From: an uncultured Actinomycetota bacterium | GTDB lineage: Bacteria; Actinomycetota; Actinomycetes; CAVWCF01 | DNA length: 64,000 nucleotides | Direction: 5' to 3' | Assembly: GCA_963753435.1 (NCBI GenBank) | Contig: CAVWCF010000001.1 | Location: 768,001 to 832,000 of the forward strand | Shown here: positions 31,246-41,499 of the stretch, in pieces | How the letters are laid out: the number at the start of each line of letters is the position of its first letter | Position numbering within the stretch: the first letter of the stretch is position 1 | Program-made: the position numbers and the translations under genes | Notes under the pieces: generated by a model | Databases searched by the model: none | Seen by the model: the letters and a program-made list of their open reading frames with translations, nothing else | Told to the model about the DNA's origin: nothing

Positions 31246-33813
31246 ATGACCGACGCGCAGGCTCCCACTCCGCCGGACAAGCCCACCTTGGATGGCCTCG
31301 AGGTGCGCTGGGCGCAGTCCTGGGAAGAGCAGGGGACCTACCGGTTCGACCGGGCCAAGTCCCGGGCCGAGGTGTACTCGATCGACACCCCGCCACCGAC
31401 TGTGAGCGGCTCACTGCACGTCGGGCACGTATTCAGTTACACCCACACCGACCTCATTGCGCGGTATCAGCGCATGCGCGGCAAGTCAGTCTTCTACCCG
31501 ATGGGCTGGGACGACAACGGCCTGCCGACCGAACGGCGGGTGCAGAACTACTACGGCGTCCGCTGCGACCCGTCACTGCCGTATGACCCGTCGTTCGCCC
31601 CGCCGGAGGCCCCCGGCAAGCAGCAACTGCCGATCAGCCGCGGCAACTTCATTGAGTTGTGCGAGCGCCTCACCGAGGAGGACGAGAAGGCGTTCGAGGA
31701 GTTGTTCCGCCGGCTCGGGCTGAGCGTGGACTGGCAGCAGACCTACCAAACGATCGACGCCAACGCCCGCGCCGCCAGCCAACGGGCGTTCCTGCGGAAC
31801 CTGGGCCGCGGTGAGGCCTACAGCGCCGAGGCGCCGACCCTCTGGGACGTCACGTTCCGGACCGCGGTCGCGCAGGCCGAGTTGGAGGACCGGGAGCGGC
31901 CCGGCGCCTACCACCGACTGGCGTTTCACCGGGCCGACCAGGTTCCGGTGGAGATCGAGACGACGCGACCGGAGTTACTGCCCGCCTGCGTTGCGCTGGT
32001 GGCCCACCCCGATGACGAGCGCTACCAACCGCTGTTCGGCAAAACCGTGCGCACCCCGCTGTTCGACGTCGAAGTGCCGGTCCTGCCGCACACGATCGCC
32101 GACCCGGACAAGGGCACGGGGATCGCGATGATCTGCACGTTCGGCGACCTGACCGACGTGATCTGGTGGCGGGAACTGCAGTTGCCCACGCGGGCGGTCA
32201 TCGGTTGGGACGGCCGCTTCGTCGCCGATGTCCCGTCCGGGCTCGAAGGCGAGCAAGCGCGTACGGCCTACGCGCGCCTAGCCGGTTCCACCGTCTTCAC
32301 CGCGCAGCAGACGATCGTTGAGATGCTGCGCGGTTCCGGCGAACTGCTGGCCGAACCACGCCCCATCACGCACCCGGTGAAGTTCTTCGAAAAGGGCGAC
32401 AAACCGCTGGAGATCGTCACCACCCGCCAGTGGTACATCCGTAACGGCGGGCGCGATGAGCTGCTGCGCGACCAACTGCTGGACCGGGGTGCGCAACTGC
32501 ACTGGCACCCGACCAACATGCAGGTCCGGTATCGCAACTGGGTGGAGGGGCTTAACGGCGACTGGCTGATCAGCCGGCAGCGCTTCTTCGGCGTCCCGCT
32601 GCCGCTTTGGTACCGCCTGGACGCCAACGGCGAGCCCGACTACGACAACCCGATCGTCCCCGCCGAATCCAGCCTGCCGATCGACCCGTCCTCGGACTCC
32701 CCACCCGGTTTCACCGAGGATCAGCGCGGCGTCGCGGGTGGGTTCATGGGTGACCCCGACGTCATGGACACCTGGGCTACCTCGTCGCTGAGCCCACAGA
32801 TCGCCGGCGGCTGGGAACGCGACACCGACCTGTTCGAACGTGTCTTCCCGATGGACCTGCGGCCCCAGGCGCACGAAATCATCCGCACCTGGTTGTTCTC
32901 CTCCGTAGTCCGGGCCAACAGCGAGCACGACTCCCTGCCCTGGACGGACGCGGCGATCAGCGGCTGGATCCTCGACCCGGACCGCAAGAAGATGAGCAAG
33001 TCCAAGGGCAACGTCGTCACGCCGATGGACCTGCTCGACAAACACGGCTCCGATGCCGTCCGCTACTGGGCCGCCATGGGTCGGCCCGGCACGGACACCG
33101 CCTTCGACGAAGGTCAGATGAAGATCGGCCGGCGCCTGGCGATCAAGGTGCTGAACGCCAGCAAGTTCGTCTTGGGTGTGGGTGTAACCGCGGACTCGGC
33201 GGACCCGGCGCTGGTCACCGAGCCGCTGGACCGGGCGACACTGGCCCGGCTCGCGGAGGTGGTCACGACCGCTACCGCAGCGTTCGACGACTACCACTAC
33301 ACCCGCGCCCTCGAGGCGGCCGAATCGTTCTTCTGGTCCTTCACCGACGACTACGTCGAGCTCGTGAAAGAGCGGGCCTACGGCGGTCGCGGGGAGGCCG
33401 CGCAAAAGTCAGCACAGGCAACGCTGGCGCTGGCCCTGACGGCTCAGTTGCGCTTGCTGGCGCCCTTCCTGCCGTTCGTCACCGAGGAGGTGTGGTCCTG
33501 GTGGCAGGACGGGTCGGTTCACGCTGCCGCCTGGCCAACGGTCGCGGAGTTCGCGGAGGCCATGGATGAAGCCGACGCGAAGACGGTCGACGCCGTGGCA
33601 TCGGTGCTCGCGGAACTCCGCAAGGTGAAATCAGAGGCGAAGGTCTCGATGCGCGCGGAACTGACTGGCGTGACCGTGACCGGGCCCGCGGACGCATTGG
33701 CGGCGGCCGAAACCGTCATGGGCGACCTGGTTGCGGCCGGCCGCGTGGTGGCCGGACTGACGTTTAGGCCAGCAGATTCGCCGATCTCGGTCACGGCCCA
33801 GGTCGTGTCGTAG
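31246..33813 (+). CDS. valS: Valine--tRNA ligase (short actinobacterial type)
   Basis: [34 protein letters not shown]; start ATG 31246. Confidence 0.97.
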   Translation: MTDAQAPTPPDKPTLDGLEVRWAQSWEEQGTYRFDRAKSRAEVYSIDTPPPTVSGSLHVGHVFSYTHTDLIARYQRMRGKSVFYPMGWDDNGLPTERRVQNYYGVRCDPSLPYDPSFAPPEAPGKQQLPISRGNFIELCERLTEEDEKAFEELFRRLGLSVDWQQTYQTIDANARAASQRAFLRNLGRGEAYSAEAPTLWDVTFRTAVAQAELEDRERPGAYHRLAFHRADQVPVEIETTRPELLPACVALVAHPDDERYQPLFGKTVRTPLFDVEVPVLPHTIADPDKGTGIAMICTFGDLTDVIWWRELQLPTRAVIGWDGRFVADVPSGLEGEQARTAYARLAGSTVFTAQQTIVEMLRGSGELLAEPRPITHPVKFFEKGDKPLEIVTTRQWYIRNGGRDELLRDQLLDRGAQLHWHPTNMQVRYRNWVEGLNGDWLISRQRFFGVPLPLWYRLDANGEPDYDNPIVPAESSLPIDPSSDSPPGFTEDQRGVAGGFMGDPDVMDTWATSSLSPQIAGGWERDTDLFERVFPMDLRPQAHEIIRTWLFSSVVRANSEHDSLPWTDAAISGWILDPDRKKMSKSKGNVVTPMDLLDKHGSDAVRYWAAMGRPGTDTAFDEGQMKIGRRLAIKVLNASKFVLGVGVTADSADPALVTEPLDRATLARLAEVVTTATAAFDDYHYTRALEAAESFFWSFTDDYVELVKERAYGGRGEAAQKSAQATLALALTAQLRLLAPFLPFVTEEVWSWWQDGSVHAAAWPTVAEFAEAMDEADAKTVDAVASVLAELRKVKSEAKVSMRAELTGVTVTGPADALAAAETVMGDLVAAGRVVAGLTFRPADSPISVTAQVVS

Positions 33814-33842
33814 GGATCGGTTGGAGCGCGATCGCCTGAGGG

Positions 33843-35123
33843 TCAGGCGGACTTCTCGCGCGGCGCCCGCTTGGAGCGCTTGGCCGTACGCGGCACCAGC
33901 GTCGGGTTGACGCTCTTCTGCACGACGTCCGGCGTGATGACCACTCGGGCCACGTCGTCCCGGCTGGGCACGTCGTACATGACGCTCAGCAGCACTTCTT
34001 CCATGATGGCGCGTAGGCCTCGGGCACCGGTGCCGCGGAGGATCGCCTGGTCGGCGATGGCCTCCAGGGACTCCGTGGTGAACTCCAGCTCAACGCCGTC
34101 GAGGTCGAACAGACGCTCGTACTGGCGCACCAGCGCGTTGCGCGGCTCGGTGAGGATCTTGATCAGCGCCTCGCGGTCCAGGTTGCTCACGCTGGTCAGC
34201 ACCGGCAGCCGGCCGATGAACTCGGGGATCATCCCGAACCGCAGCAGGTCCTCGGGCATCACATCGCCAAGCGAATCGCCGGCATCCTCATCACCGGCGG
34301 CGTGCAGCGGGGACCCGAAGCCGATCCCCTTGCGCCCGGCGCGCTGCTGGATGATCTCCTCAAGCCCGGCGAACGCACCACCAACAATGAAGAGGACGTT
34401 GGTGGTGTCGATCTGGATGAACTCCTGGTGCGGGTGCTTGCGCCCACCCTGTGGCGGAACCGACGCGGTCGTGCCTTCGATGATCTTCAGCAGCGCCTGC
34501 TGCACGCCCTCGCCGGACACATCCCTGGTGATCGACGGGTTCTCGCTCTTGCGCGCGATCTTGTCGACCTCGTCGATGTAGATGATCCCGGTCTCGGCCT
34601 TCTTGACGTCGTAGTCGGCGGCCTGGATCAGTTTGAGCAGGATGTTCTCAACGTCTTCACCTACGTAGCCGGCTTCCGTGAGTGCGGTCGCGTCGGCGAT
34701 GGCGAACGGGACGTTCAGCATGCGCGCCAGCGTCTGCGCCAGCAGCGTCTTGCCGCACCCGGTCGGGCCGAGCAGCAGGATGTTGGACTTGGCCAGTTCG
34801 ACCTGTTCGTCTTTGTGCCGGCCTTCGGCCCCGGCCTGAATGCGCTTGTAGTGGTTGTACACGGCCACGCTGAGCGACTTCTTGGCCGGCTCCTGCCCGA
34901 CGACGTACTCGTCGAGGAACTCGTAGATCTCCTTCGGCTTGGGCAGTTCGCCGAACGGGGTCTCGGTGGCCTCCGACAACTCCTCTTCGATGATCTCGTT
35001 GCAGAGGTCGATGCACTCGTCGCAGATGTAGACGCCGGGTCCGGCGATGAGCTTCTTGACCTGCTTCTGGCTCTTACCGCAGAAGGAGCACTTCAGCAGA
35101 TCGCCGTCGCCTATCCGCGCCAC
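33843..35123 (-). CDS. clpX: ATP-dependent Clp protease ATP-binding subunit ClpX
   Basis: CSFCGK zinc finger, [19 protein letters not shown] loop. Confidence 0.99.
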   Translation of the reverse strand: MARIGDGDLLKCSFCGKSQKQVKKLIAGPGVYICDECIDLCNEIIEEELSEATETPFGELPKPKEIYEFLDEYVVGQEPAKKSLSVAVYNHYKRIQAGAEGRHKDEQVELAKSNILLLGPTGCGKTLLAQTLARMLNVPFAIADATALTEAGYVGEDVENILLKLIQAADYDVKKAETGIIYIDEVDKIARKSENPSITRDVSGEGVQQALLKIIEGTTASVPPQGGRKHPHQEFIQIDTTNVLFIVGGAFAGLEEIIQQRAGRKGIGFGSPLHAAGDEDAGDSLGDVMPEDLLRFGMIPEFIGRLPVLTSVSNLDREALIKILTEPRNALVRQYERLFDLDGVELEFTTESLEAIADQAILRGTGARGLRAIMEEVLLSVMYDVPSRDDVARVVITPDVVQKSVNPTLVPRTAKRSKRAPREKSA

Positions 35124-35265
35124 AGCGCTACCCCTCCCGATCGGTGAACCGGACCGGGCAACCGTACCCCGCAGGCTCTAACTTGGCTCGGTCATCGCGA
35201 GCGCGCCACGCCGGAATGCGTGCGCCGAGGGCGAACGCTCCTCGACCCGATCGGCGTAGTGGCCC

Positions 35266-35892
35266 TCAGGAGGCCTTGGCCGCTGAAGGCGAGCCCTTGC
35301 GCGAGTTGACCACGCGGTCGACCAGGCCGTACTCGACGGCTTCTTCTGCGGTCAGGATCTTGTCCCGCTCGATGTCGGTCGCCACCTGCTCAATGGTGCG
35401 CCCGGTGTGCCGGGCCAGCATTTCTTCCAGCAGGGCGCGCATGCGCAGGATCTCGTTCGCCTGGATTTCGATGTCGCTGCCCTGGCCACCGCCCTCGGAG
35501 TAGGGCTGGTGGATCAGGATGCGCGCGTTCGGTAGCGCGAGCCGCTTGCCCGGCGTGCCGGCCGCCAGCAGCACCGCCGCCGCAGACGCCGCCTGCCCCA
35601 TGCAGATGGTCTGGACGTCCGGCTTGACGAACATCAACGTGTCGTAGATCGCGGTCAGCGCCGTGAACGAGCCGCCCGGGGAGTTGATGTACACCGAGAT
35701 GTCCCGGTCTGGGTCCATGGACTCCAGAGTCAGCAACTGCGCCATAACGTCGTTGGCCGAAGTGTCGTCGATGGGGGCGCCGAGGAAGATGATGCGCTCC
35801 TCGAACAACTTCGTGTACGGGTCGAGCTTCTTGAAGCCGTAACTGGTGCGCTCCTCGAAGGCCGGCAGCACGTAGCGGGCCGTCGGTTCCAT
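35266..35892 (-). CDS. clpP2: Clp protease proteolytic subunit 2
   Basis: [21 protein letters not shown]; AGGAGG RBS before ATG 35892. Confidence 0.95.
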   Translation of the reverse strand: MEPTARYVLPAFEERTSYGFKKLDPYTKLFEERIIFLGAPIDDTSANDVMAQLLTLESMDPDRDISVYINSPGGSFTALTAIYDTLMFVKPDVQTICMGQAASAAAVLLAAGTPGKRLALPNARILIHQPYSEGGGQGSDIEIQANEILRMRALLEEMLARHTGRTIEQVATDIERDKILTAEEAVEYGLVDRVVNSRKGSPSAAKAS

Positions 35893-35909
35893 GCTGCGTC
35901 CTCCTGCGT

Positions 35910-36527
35910 TCATTCCGCACCCCCAACGGGCCCGGCGTGACTGACGACGTGATCGACGATGCCGTATTCCTTGGCCTGGTCCGCGGTGAACCACTTGTCC
36001 CGGTCGGAGTCCTTCTCGATGGTTTCCACCGACTGCCCGGTGTGCCCGGCGATCAGTTCCGCCATCTGCCGCTTGATGTAGATCATCTGCTCCGCCTGGA
36101 TCTTGATGTCGCTGGCGGTTCCGCCGATGCCACCGAGTGGCTGGTGCATCATCACGCGCGTGCGCGGAGTGGCGTGGCGCTTGCCGGCCGCACCGGCGCA
36201 CAGCAGGAACTGACCCATGGAAGCCGCCAAGCCGATTCCGTAGGTGGCGACGTCGTTGGGGATGAGCTGCATGGTGTCGTAGATCGCCATGCCTGCGGTG
36301 ATCGAGCCGCCAGGAGAGTTGATGTACAAGGACACGTCCTTGTCGGGGTCCTCCGCAGCGAGCAGCAACAACTGCGCCGAGATGGCGTTGGCCATCTCAT
36401 CGCGTACCTCGCCCTGCAGGAACACGATGCGCTCGCGCAACAACCGCTGGTAGACCGAATCATCCAGCGACATGCCGGACGAGCCATTGGACCGGGCCTG
36501 GCCCGGAACCAGTTCGGAGGTGCTCAC
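35910..36527 (-). CDS. clpP1: Clp protease proteolytic subunit 1
   Basis: [40 protein letters not shown]; GTG 36527 with AAGGGAG RBS. Confidence 0.95.
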   Translation of the reverse strand: MSTSELVPGQARSNGSSGMSLDDSVYQRLLRERIVFLQGEVRDEMANAISAQLLLLAAEDPDKDVSLYINSPGGSITAGMAIYDTMQLIPNDVATYGIGLAASMGQFLLCAGAAGKRHATPRTRVMMHQPLGGIGGTASDIKIQAEQMIYIKRQMAELIAGHTGQSVETIEKDSDRDKWFTADQAKEYGIVDHVVSHAGPVGGAE

Positions 36528-36620
36528 GCGGGACTCCCTTGCTAGTGCGTTTTCGCCAGTGCGTTGGTTCGACAACCCCGTTGCCGCCGAACTTGGCGCC
36601 GCGGCGCTGTGGTGACATGG

Positions 36621-36683
36621 ACCCTAACGCCGCAGGCTGCGCTCGCACTCCCGGCGCCGCGCGTGTTCGCTACCGGGCGAAAC
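36621..36683 (-). promoter_or_regulatory. clpP1P2 promoter: TAGGGT -10 and ClgR-like palindrome
   Basis: GTTCGCTACCGGGCGAAAC at 36665-36683 resembles the ClgR CGC-N5-GCG box (spacer here is 6 nt); TAGGGT at 36621-36626. Confidence 0.5.
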
Positions 36684-36686
36684 GGC

Positions 36687-38045
36687 CTACTGCTCGGTCT
36701 CTGCGCCGTCGGCGGCGTCGGCGGCGTCATCCGGCAAAGCCGCCGCTTCCGCCTCCGCGCCGGGCACGGGCTCAACCGGGGCGTTCAGCTTGCTCAGGTC
36801 GACGGCGTTGCCCGACGCGTCGGTGATCACGGCCGTCTCCAGAACCAGCGCCAAGGCCTTGCCCCGCACGACGTCCGCCAGCATTCCGGGGGCCTGGCCC
36901 GCGCTCATGACCTCACGCGCGAACACCTCCGGCGGCACGCCATAGCGGGCGGCCTGCTGAACCAGGTACTGCGTCAACTCCGCCTCGCTTGCGGACAACT
37001 CCTCCTTGGCCGCGACCGCGTCCAGGACGAACTGCCGGCGCAACGACTGACGCAACTCGTCGGCGATTTCCTCACCGTGCGGGTCGTCGGCCTCCTTGCC
37101 TTCACCCTCGAGGTGCTCGGCAACCTGCTGAGCGACGAACTCCTCCGGGATCGGGACCTCGACCAGCCCAAGCAGCGCCTCCAGCGCCCGGTCGCGCGCC
37201 TGCATGCCTTGTTCCAGCAGCCGGTAGCGACCCAGTTGCTCGGCCAGCGCTTCACGCAATTCCGCCACCGTGTCGAACTCACTGGCCAACTGGGCGAAGT
37301 CGTCATCCAGGTCGGGCAGCAACCGCTCGTTGACGGCGGTCACGGTCGCGGTCACCTGCGCCTCGGATCCGGCGTGCTCACCGAACTGGATCGGCGCCGC
37401 CACTGTCACCGACTCCCCTGCGGACAACCCCACCAACGCCTCGTCGAGCCCGGGCACGCCAATTGAGTCCGAGCCCACCTCGTAGGACTGCCCGGAACCG
37501 CTGGCCTCCGGCAACGGTTGGCCGTCGACCTCGGCCAGCAGGTCCAGGGTGACGAAGTCGCCGGTCGCCACCTCCCGGTCAACCGGGTTCAGGGAGCCAA
37601 AACGCTTCCGCAGCCCGTCGATCTCCTCATCGACATCGGCTTCGGTGACCTCGGAGTCCTCCACGTTCACGGCCAGGCCGCGGTGGTCGGGCAGATCCAG
37701 GTCCGGCTGGACCGACCACTCCACGGTGAACGTCAGCGCCTCGCCGTCAGTGAACTCGCTGACGTCCAAGTCGGGGCGGCCGATCGCCTTGATGTCGTTC
37801 TCCGCCAGGATCGACTGCAGGAACTGCGGCAGCGCCGCATTCAGCGCCTCGTCCAGCACGACCTGGCGTCCGAAGCGCTGGTCGATGAGGGAGGAAGGGA
37901 TCTTCCCCTTGCGGAAGCCGGGGATGTTCACCTGAGCGGCGATGGACCGGTACGCGGCATCCAGGCTCGGCTTGATGTCCTCGAAAGGCACCTCGGCCGT
38001 GACCTTGACTCGGGTGGGATTGAGATTCTCCAGGGCGCTCTTCAC
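36687..38045 (-). CDS. tig: Trigger factor
   Basis: MKSALENLNPTRVK, IPGFRKGKIP, ELPDLDDDFAQ-like motif; upstream of clpP. Confidence 0.97.
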   Translation of the reverse strand: MKSALENLNPTRVKVTAEVPFEDIKPSLDAAYRSIAAQVNIPGFRKGKIPSSLIDQRFGRQVVLDEALNAALPQFLQSILAENDIKAIGRPDLDVSEFTDGEALTFTVEWSVQPDLDLPDHRGLAVNVEDSEVTEADVDEEIDGLRKRFGSLNPVDREVATGDFVTLDLLAEVDGQPLPEASGSGQSYEVGSDSIGVPGLDEALVGLSAGESVTVAAPIQFGEHAGSEAQVTATVTAVNERLLPDLDDDFAQLASEFDTVAELREALAEQLGRYRLLEQGMQARDRALEALLGLVEVPIPEEFVAQQVAEHLEGEGKEADDPHGEEIADELRQSLRRQFVLDAVAAKEELSASEAELTQYLVQQAARYGVPPEVFAREVMSAGQAPGMLADVVRGKALALVLETAVITDASGNAVDLSKLNAPVEPVPGAEAEAAALPDDAADAADGAETEQ

Positions 38046-38072
38046 CGGACATCCTTGTCTGTCGTGATCGAG

Positions 38073-38145
38073 TCGGGGCGGGGAGAGTCGAACTCCCGAT
38101 CTCCTGCCCCCAAAGCAGGCGCGCTAGCCACTACGCCACGCCCCG
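38073..38145 (-). tRNA. tRNA-Pro (TGG)
   Basis: CGGGGCGTGGCGTAGTGGCTAGCGCG CCTGC-TTTGGGG-GCAGG AGATCGGGAGTTCGACTCTCCCCGCCCCGA; CCA not encoded. Confidence 0.95.
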
Positions 38146-38197
38146 TGCGGGCGCACGTATCCTAGGCGACGCTCCGGGCAGCCCAAGTCGCCCGTGT

Positions 38198-38272
38198 GCG
38201 GGTGTAGCTCAATGGCTAGAGCCCCAGCCTTCCAAGCTGGATATGCGGGTTCGATTCCCGTCACCCGCTCCA
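38198..38272 (+). tRNA. tRNA-Gly (TCC)
   Basis: GCGGGTGTAGCTCAATGGCTAGAGCC CCAGC-CTTCCAA-GCTGG ATATGCGGGTTCGATTCCCGTCACCCGCTCCA. Confidence 0.97.
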
Positions 38273-38334
38273 CGCTCCGCTGGTTCGCCCCGAATGGCAG
38301 TCTTCGGGCATGCCTGTCCGCTCCGGAGTCCAAC

Positions 38335-39135
38335 GTGCCCGCTGATCTGGGGACTCCCGAGTTCGACCTTTCCGGCCGCGTGGCGCTGGTCAGCGGAGCG
38401 GGTGCCGCCGACGGCATCGGTATGGCGACCGCGGACCTGCTCGGCCGGATGGGCGCCGCCCTGATCATCGCCTCGACCACCGACCGGATCCAGTCCCGCG
38501 CCGAGGAGCTGCGCGCCGTCGGGATCGACGCCATTGGCGTCGCCGGTGACCTGACCGACCAGGCCGCTGCCGGAGCGCTCGTCGGCGCGGCCGTTCAGCG
38601 GCACGGTCGGCTCGACGTCGTTGTGAACAACGCCGGGATGACGTCGATCGGCGATCCGATGGACGACCGCGGCCTGCTGGAACTCGACCTGGACCGTTGG
38701 CGGCACGAGTTGTCGCGCAACCTCGACCCCTGCTTCACCGTTACCCGGGCGGCCATGCCGCAGTTGCTGTCCAACGGCTGGGGCCGGGTGGTCAACGTCG
38801 CTTCCGTCACCGGACCCTTCATGGCCATGCGCCAAGCCCCCGCGTACGCGGCCGCCAAAGCCGCGATGGTCGGCCTGACCCGGGCGTTGGCGGTCGACCA
38901 CGCCGGGGCCGGCGTCACTGTCAACGCCGTCGCCCCGGGCTGGATCGCAACCGGGTCGCAGACTCCCGAGGAAGCGGTCGAAGGAACGCTGGTCCCGATC
39001 GGCCGCTCGGCCCAACCGGCAGAGGTGGCCGCGGTGATCGGCTTTCTCTGCTCCCCCGGTGCCTCCTACGTGAGCGGTCAGGTGTTGGCAATCGACGGCG
39101 CGAACACCGTCGGCGAGGAACGCCGACCCGTCTAG
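38335..39135 (+). CDS. Short-chain dehydrogenase/reductase (FabG-like)
   Basis: ALVSGAGAADGIG, VVNNAG, YAAAK, VNAVAPGWI; start moved out of tRNA-Gly to GTG 38335 (uncertain). Confidence 0.9.
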   Translation: MPADLGTPEFDLSGRVALVSGAGAADGIGMATADLLGRMGAALIIASTTDRIQSRAEELRAVGIDAIGVAGDLTDQAAAGALVGAAVQRHGRLDVVVNNAGMTSIGDPMDDRGLLELDLDRWRHELSRNLDPCFTVTRAAMPQLLSNGWGRVVNVASVTGPFMAMRQAPAYAAAKAAMVGLTRALAVDHAGAGVTVNAVAPGWIATGSQTPEEAVEGTLVPIGRSAQPAEVAAVIGFLCSPGASYVSGQVLAIDGANTVGEERRPV

Positions 39136-39174
39136 GCCTCCGCGATCAGCCGGACCGACCAGGAACGCCCTAGG

Positions 39175-39700
39175 TCAAAGGCGGCGGTGCAGGACCAGTA
39201 GGTCGGCGTACGTGCCGTCCGGCCGGCGGAAGCCGTCGGGCACCCGGCCGATCTCGGCGAATCCCAGGGAACTCCAGAGTCCAACCGCGCGGGTTATCGG
39301 CCACGACCGCGTTGAACTGCATGGCCAGGTAGCCCAGTTCGCCGGCGCGACTCAGGATGCGCTCGGCGAGTGCCCGACCGATGCCCTGACCGGCGGCGGT
39401 CGGGTCGACCATGAAGGCCGCGTGCGCCACATGGCTGCCCTGGCCGGGTTGATTGGGCTTCAACACCGCCGACCCGACGACGCTCCCCGCAGATTCGGCC
39501 ACCCATACTTCGGCCGGCGGCGGGAGCATCCACAAGTCACGGGCTTGCGGCTCATCGGTTTGCGGCGCCCACGTGTACGTGCTTGCAGCGGCCACGATCT
39601 TGTGCCAGAACGGCCAGATCTCCGCCCAGTCCTGGGGGATCGCCGGACGCAGAACCAACCCTTCGCCCTGAGCGCCCGCGACATCTCCGGCTGGACTCAA
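39175..39700 (-). CDS. GNAT N-acetyltransferase with apparent frameshift near 39290
   Basis: GSHVAHAAFMV, GQGIGRAL, AMQFNAVVADN; the conserved C-terminus AVGLWSSLGFAEIGRVPDGF...LHRRL* (stop 39175) is in another frame. Confidence 0.8.
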
Positions 39701-39807
39701 AGTCGGCTCCCATTCGGTAGGGGCTGCGGATCCCGCAACCTACTGCGGCAGTCGCAGTCGGCTGATCATCGTCCGGATCCATCAACGGATCCGCGCCCGG
39801 CAAACGC

Positions 39808-39841
39808 CGAAGCGGGAGGGCCCGTGGGCCCTCCCGCTTCG
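39808..39841 (-). terminator. Intrinsic terminator downstream of the fasciclin gene
   Basis: CGAAGCGGGAGGGCCC-gt-GGGCCCTCCCGCTTCG perfect inverted repeat, followed by GCGTTT on the minus strand. Confidence 0.75.
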
Positions 39842-39853
39842 ACTAGGGGTTTG

Positions 39854-40411
39854 TCAGCTGACCAGCGTGGCCGGGTCCACGTCCGGCGGGATCAGCACCG
39901 CGTCGATGCCGTGGATGACGCCGTTGGACGCCTCGATGTCCGGGGCGACGACGGTCGCACCGTTGACCTGCACACCGTCGGCGGTGCTCAACGTCACCGT
40001 CTGGCCCTCAACGGTGGCGACGTCTCCGTCGGTCACCTGGTCAGAGGTCACCGCGCCGGGCACGACGTGGTAGGTGAGGATCTTCACCAAGACCGCCTGG
40101 TTCTCCGGCAGCAGTAGCGCGTCCAGGACGCCGGCAGGCAATGCGTCAAACGCGGCATTGTCCGGCGCGAATACGGTGAACGGACCGTCGCCGTTCAGAG
40201 TGTCAACCAGGCCCGCAGCCTCAATGGCGGCGACCAGGGTGGAGTAGTCCTCCGCACCGGACGCAACCTCGACGATGGTGCCGGCGTCAGTTGCCGGGGC
40301 CTCGGCGGTGGGGCTGGGGCTGCTCGCAGCGTCGTCGTCACTGTCGCTGGAACATCCGGTAAGTACCAGGCCGGCAGCGACAGCTGCCACGCCCAACAGT
40401 CGCATTCTCAT
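39854..40411 (-). CDS. Fasciclin (FAS1) domain lipoprotein, MPT83-like
   Basis: Lipobox VLTGC, STLVAAIEAAGLVDTL, FTVFAPDNAAF, ILTYHVV, NGVIHGIDAVL. Confidence 0.95.
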   Translation of the reverse strand: MRMRLLGVAAVAAGLVLTGCSSDSDDDAASSPSPTAEAPATDAGTIVEVASGAEDYSTLVAAIEAAGLVDTLNGDGPFTVFAPDNAAFDALPAGVLDALLLPENQAVLVKILTYHVVPGAVTSDQVTDGDVATVEGQTVTLSTADGVQVNGATVVAPDIEASNGVIHGIDAVLIPPDVDPATLVS

Positions 40412-40566
40412 GGTGGCTCCTTAAGAAGTCCTCCGCGGCGATCGCGGTCATTGGGTCTTTCCCCCATGGCACCGCGTTTGGATGCACCCCGATGCAAATT
40501 GCTTGGCCGCTGATTGTTCGGCCCGCCCGGGATGCGGTCTCGGTCCCGATACGGCACAGTGGTTTC

Positions 40567-41499
40567 ATGTTCAAGAACTTCTGGTACGCCGTTGAGTTCT
40601 CCAAGGTCGTCAAGCCCGCCGGGAAGCCCGTCCCGGTCAGGTGCCTTGCGCAGGACTTCTCCCTGGCGCGCCTGCCCAGCGGTCAGGTACTCGCGTGGAA
40701 CGTGGACCGTCCCGCCAACGAGTTGCTGCCCGTCACGGAGAAGTACGGCTTCGTTTGGATCTTCCTCGGCGACCCGGACTTCCCGGTCGACCAGCGGCCG
40801 CCGATCCCGGATTGGCCGGAATGGGACGACCCCGCCTTCGCCGGCCACAACGTGACCGGCGAGTGGCTCTGGAACGCCGGCGTGGAACGAATCGTGGAGA
40901 ACGGCGTTGACGTCGCCCACACGCCGTTCGTGCACGCGGGTCAGTTCGGCAACCCGAAGCGACCAGAAGTTCCCGAGTACGAGGTCATCACCACCGACTG
41001 GAGCGGCGAACTGACTGTCGCGCTGCACCCGCCTGCGCCCAAGGGTGTCTTCTCCGTGGTCAGCAAGCGCGGCGATCTGGACAACCGTCCGCCAGTGGTC
41101 ACGAGCACCGCTTGGTTCCTACCCAACCTGATTCGGTTGAAGGTGCGACTGCCCTTCGGTGAGTTGTGCCTTTACGACACCAACATCCCGATCGACAAGA
41201 CGACGACCCTCACCAAGTTCGTCTCGCTGCGTTCCTTCTTCACCGGCAAGTGGGCCGACCGGGATGCGTTGCGGCGCGTCTACCCGATCTTCAAGAGCGA
41301 TGCCGCGGTGGTCGAGGCGCAGCGACCAGAACTCCTGCCGTTCGACCTTTCGGCGGAGTTGCACGTTCGTTCCGACCGCATGGCCATCAGCTACCGCAAA
41401 CGGCGGCAGGAACTCCTTGAGGCCGGCTGGGGACACGCGGACACCGACCGCTACCTGGGGTCGACCTTGGCGCTGGAGGCGGCAGACTCCGTGGCATGA
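40567..41499 (+). CDS. Rieske non-heme iron oxygenase family protein (PAO/VanA-like catalytic domain) lacking the Rieske [2Fe-2S] motif
   Basis: N-terminal KNFWYAV and PVTEKYGFVWIFLGD frame the Rieske fold, but no CxH or CxxH is present; mononuclear Fe motif ENGVDVAHTPFVH and distal D (FKSDAAVVEAQ) are intact. Confidence 0.8.
   Translation: MFKNFWYAVEFSKVVKPAGKPVPVRCLAQDFSLARLPSGQVLAWNVDRPANELLPVTEKYGFVWIFLGDPDFPVDQRPPIPDWPEWDDPAFAGHNVTGEWLWNAGVERIVENGVDVAHTPFVHAGQFGNPKRPEVPEYEVITTDWSGELTVALHPPAPKGVFSVVSKRGDLDNRPPVVTSTAWFLPNLIRLKVRLPFGELCLYDTNIPIDKTTTLTKFVSLRSFFTGKWADRDALRRVYPIFKSDAAVVEAQRPELLPFDLSAELHVRSDRMAISYRKRRQELLEAGWGHADTDRYLGSTLALEAADSVA

Noticed and set aside
39701-39800. Small hairpins between the GNAT and fasciclin genes as an ncRNA
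   Set aside because: Short GC-rich stems with no recognisable family motif; compatible with chance at this GC content.
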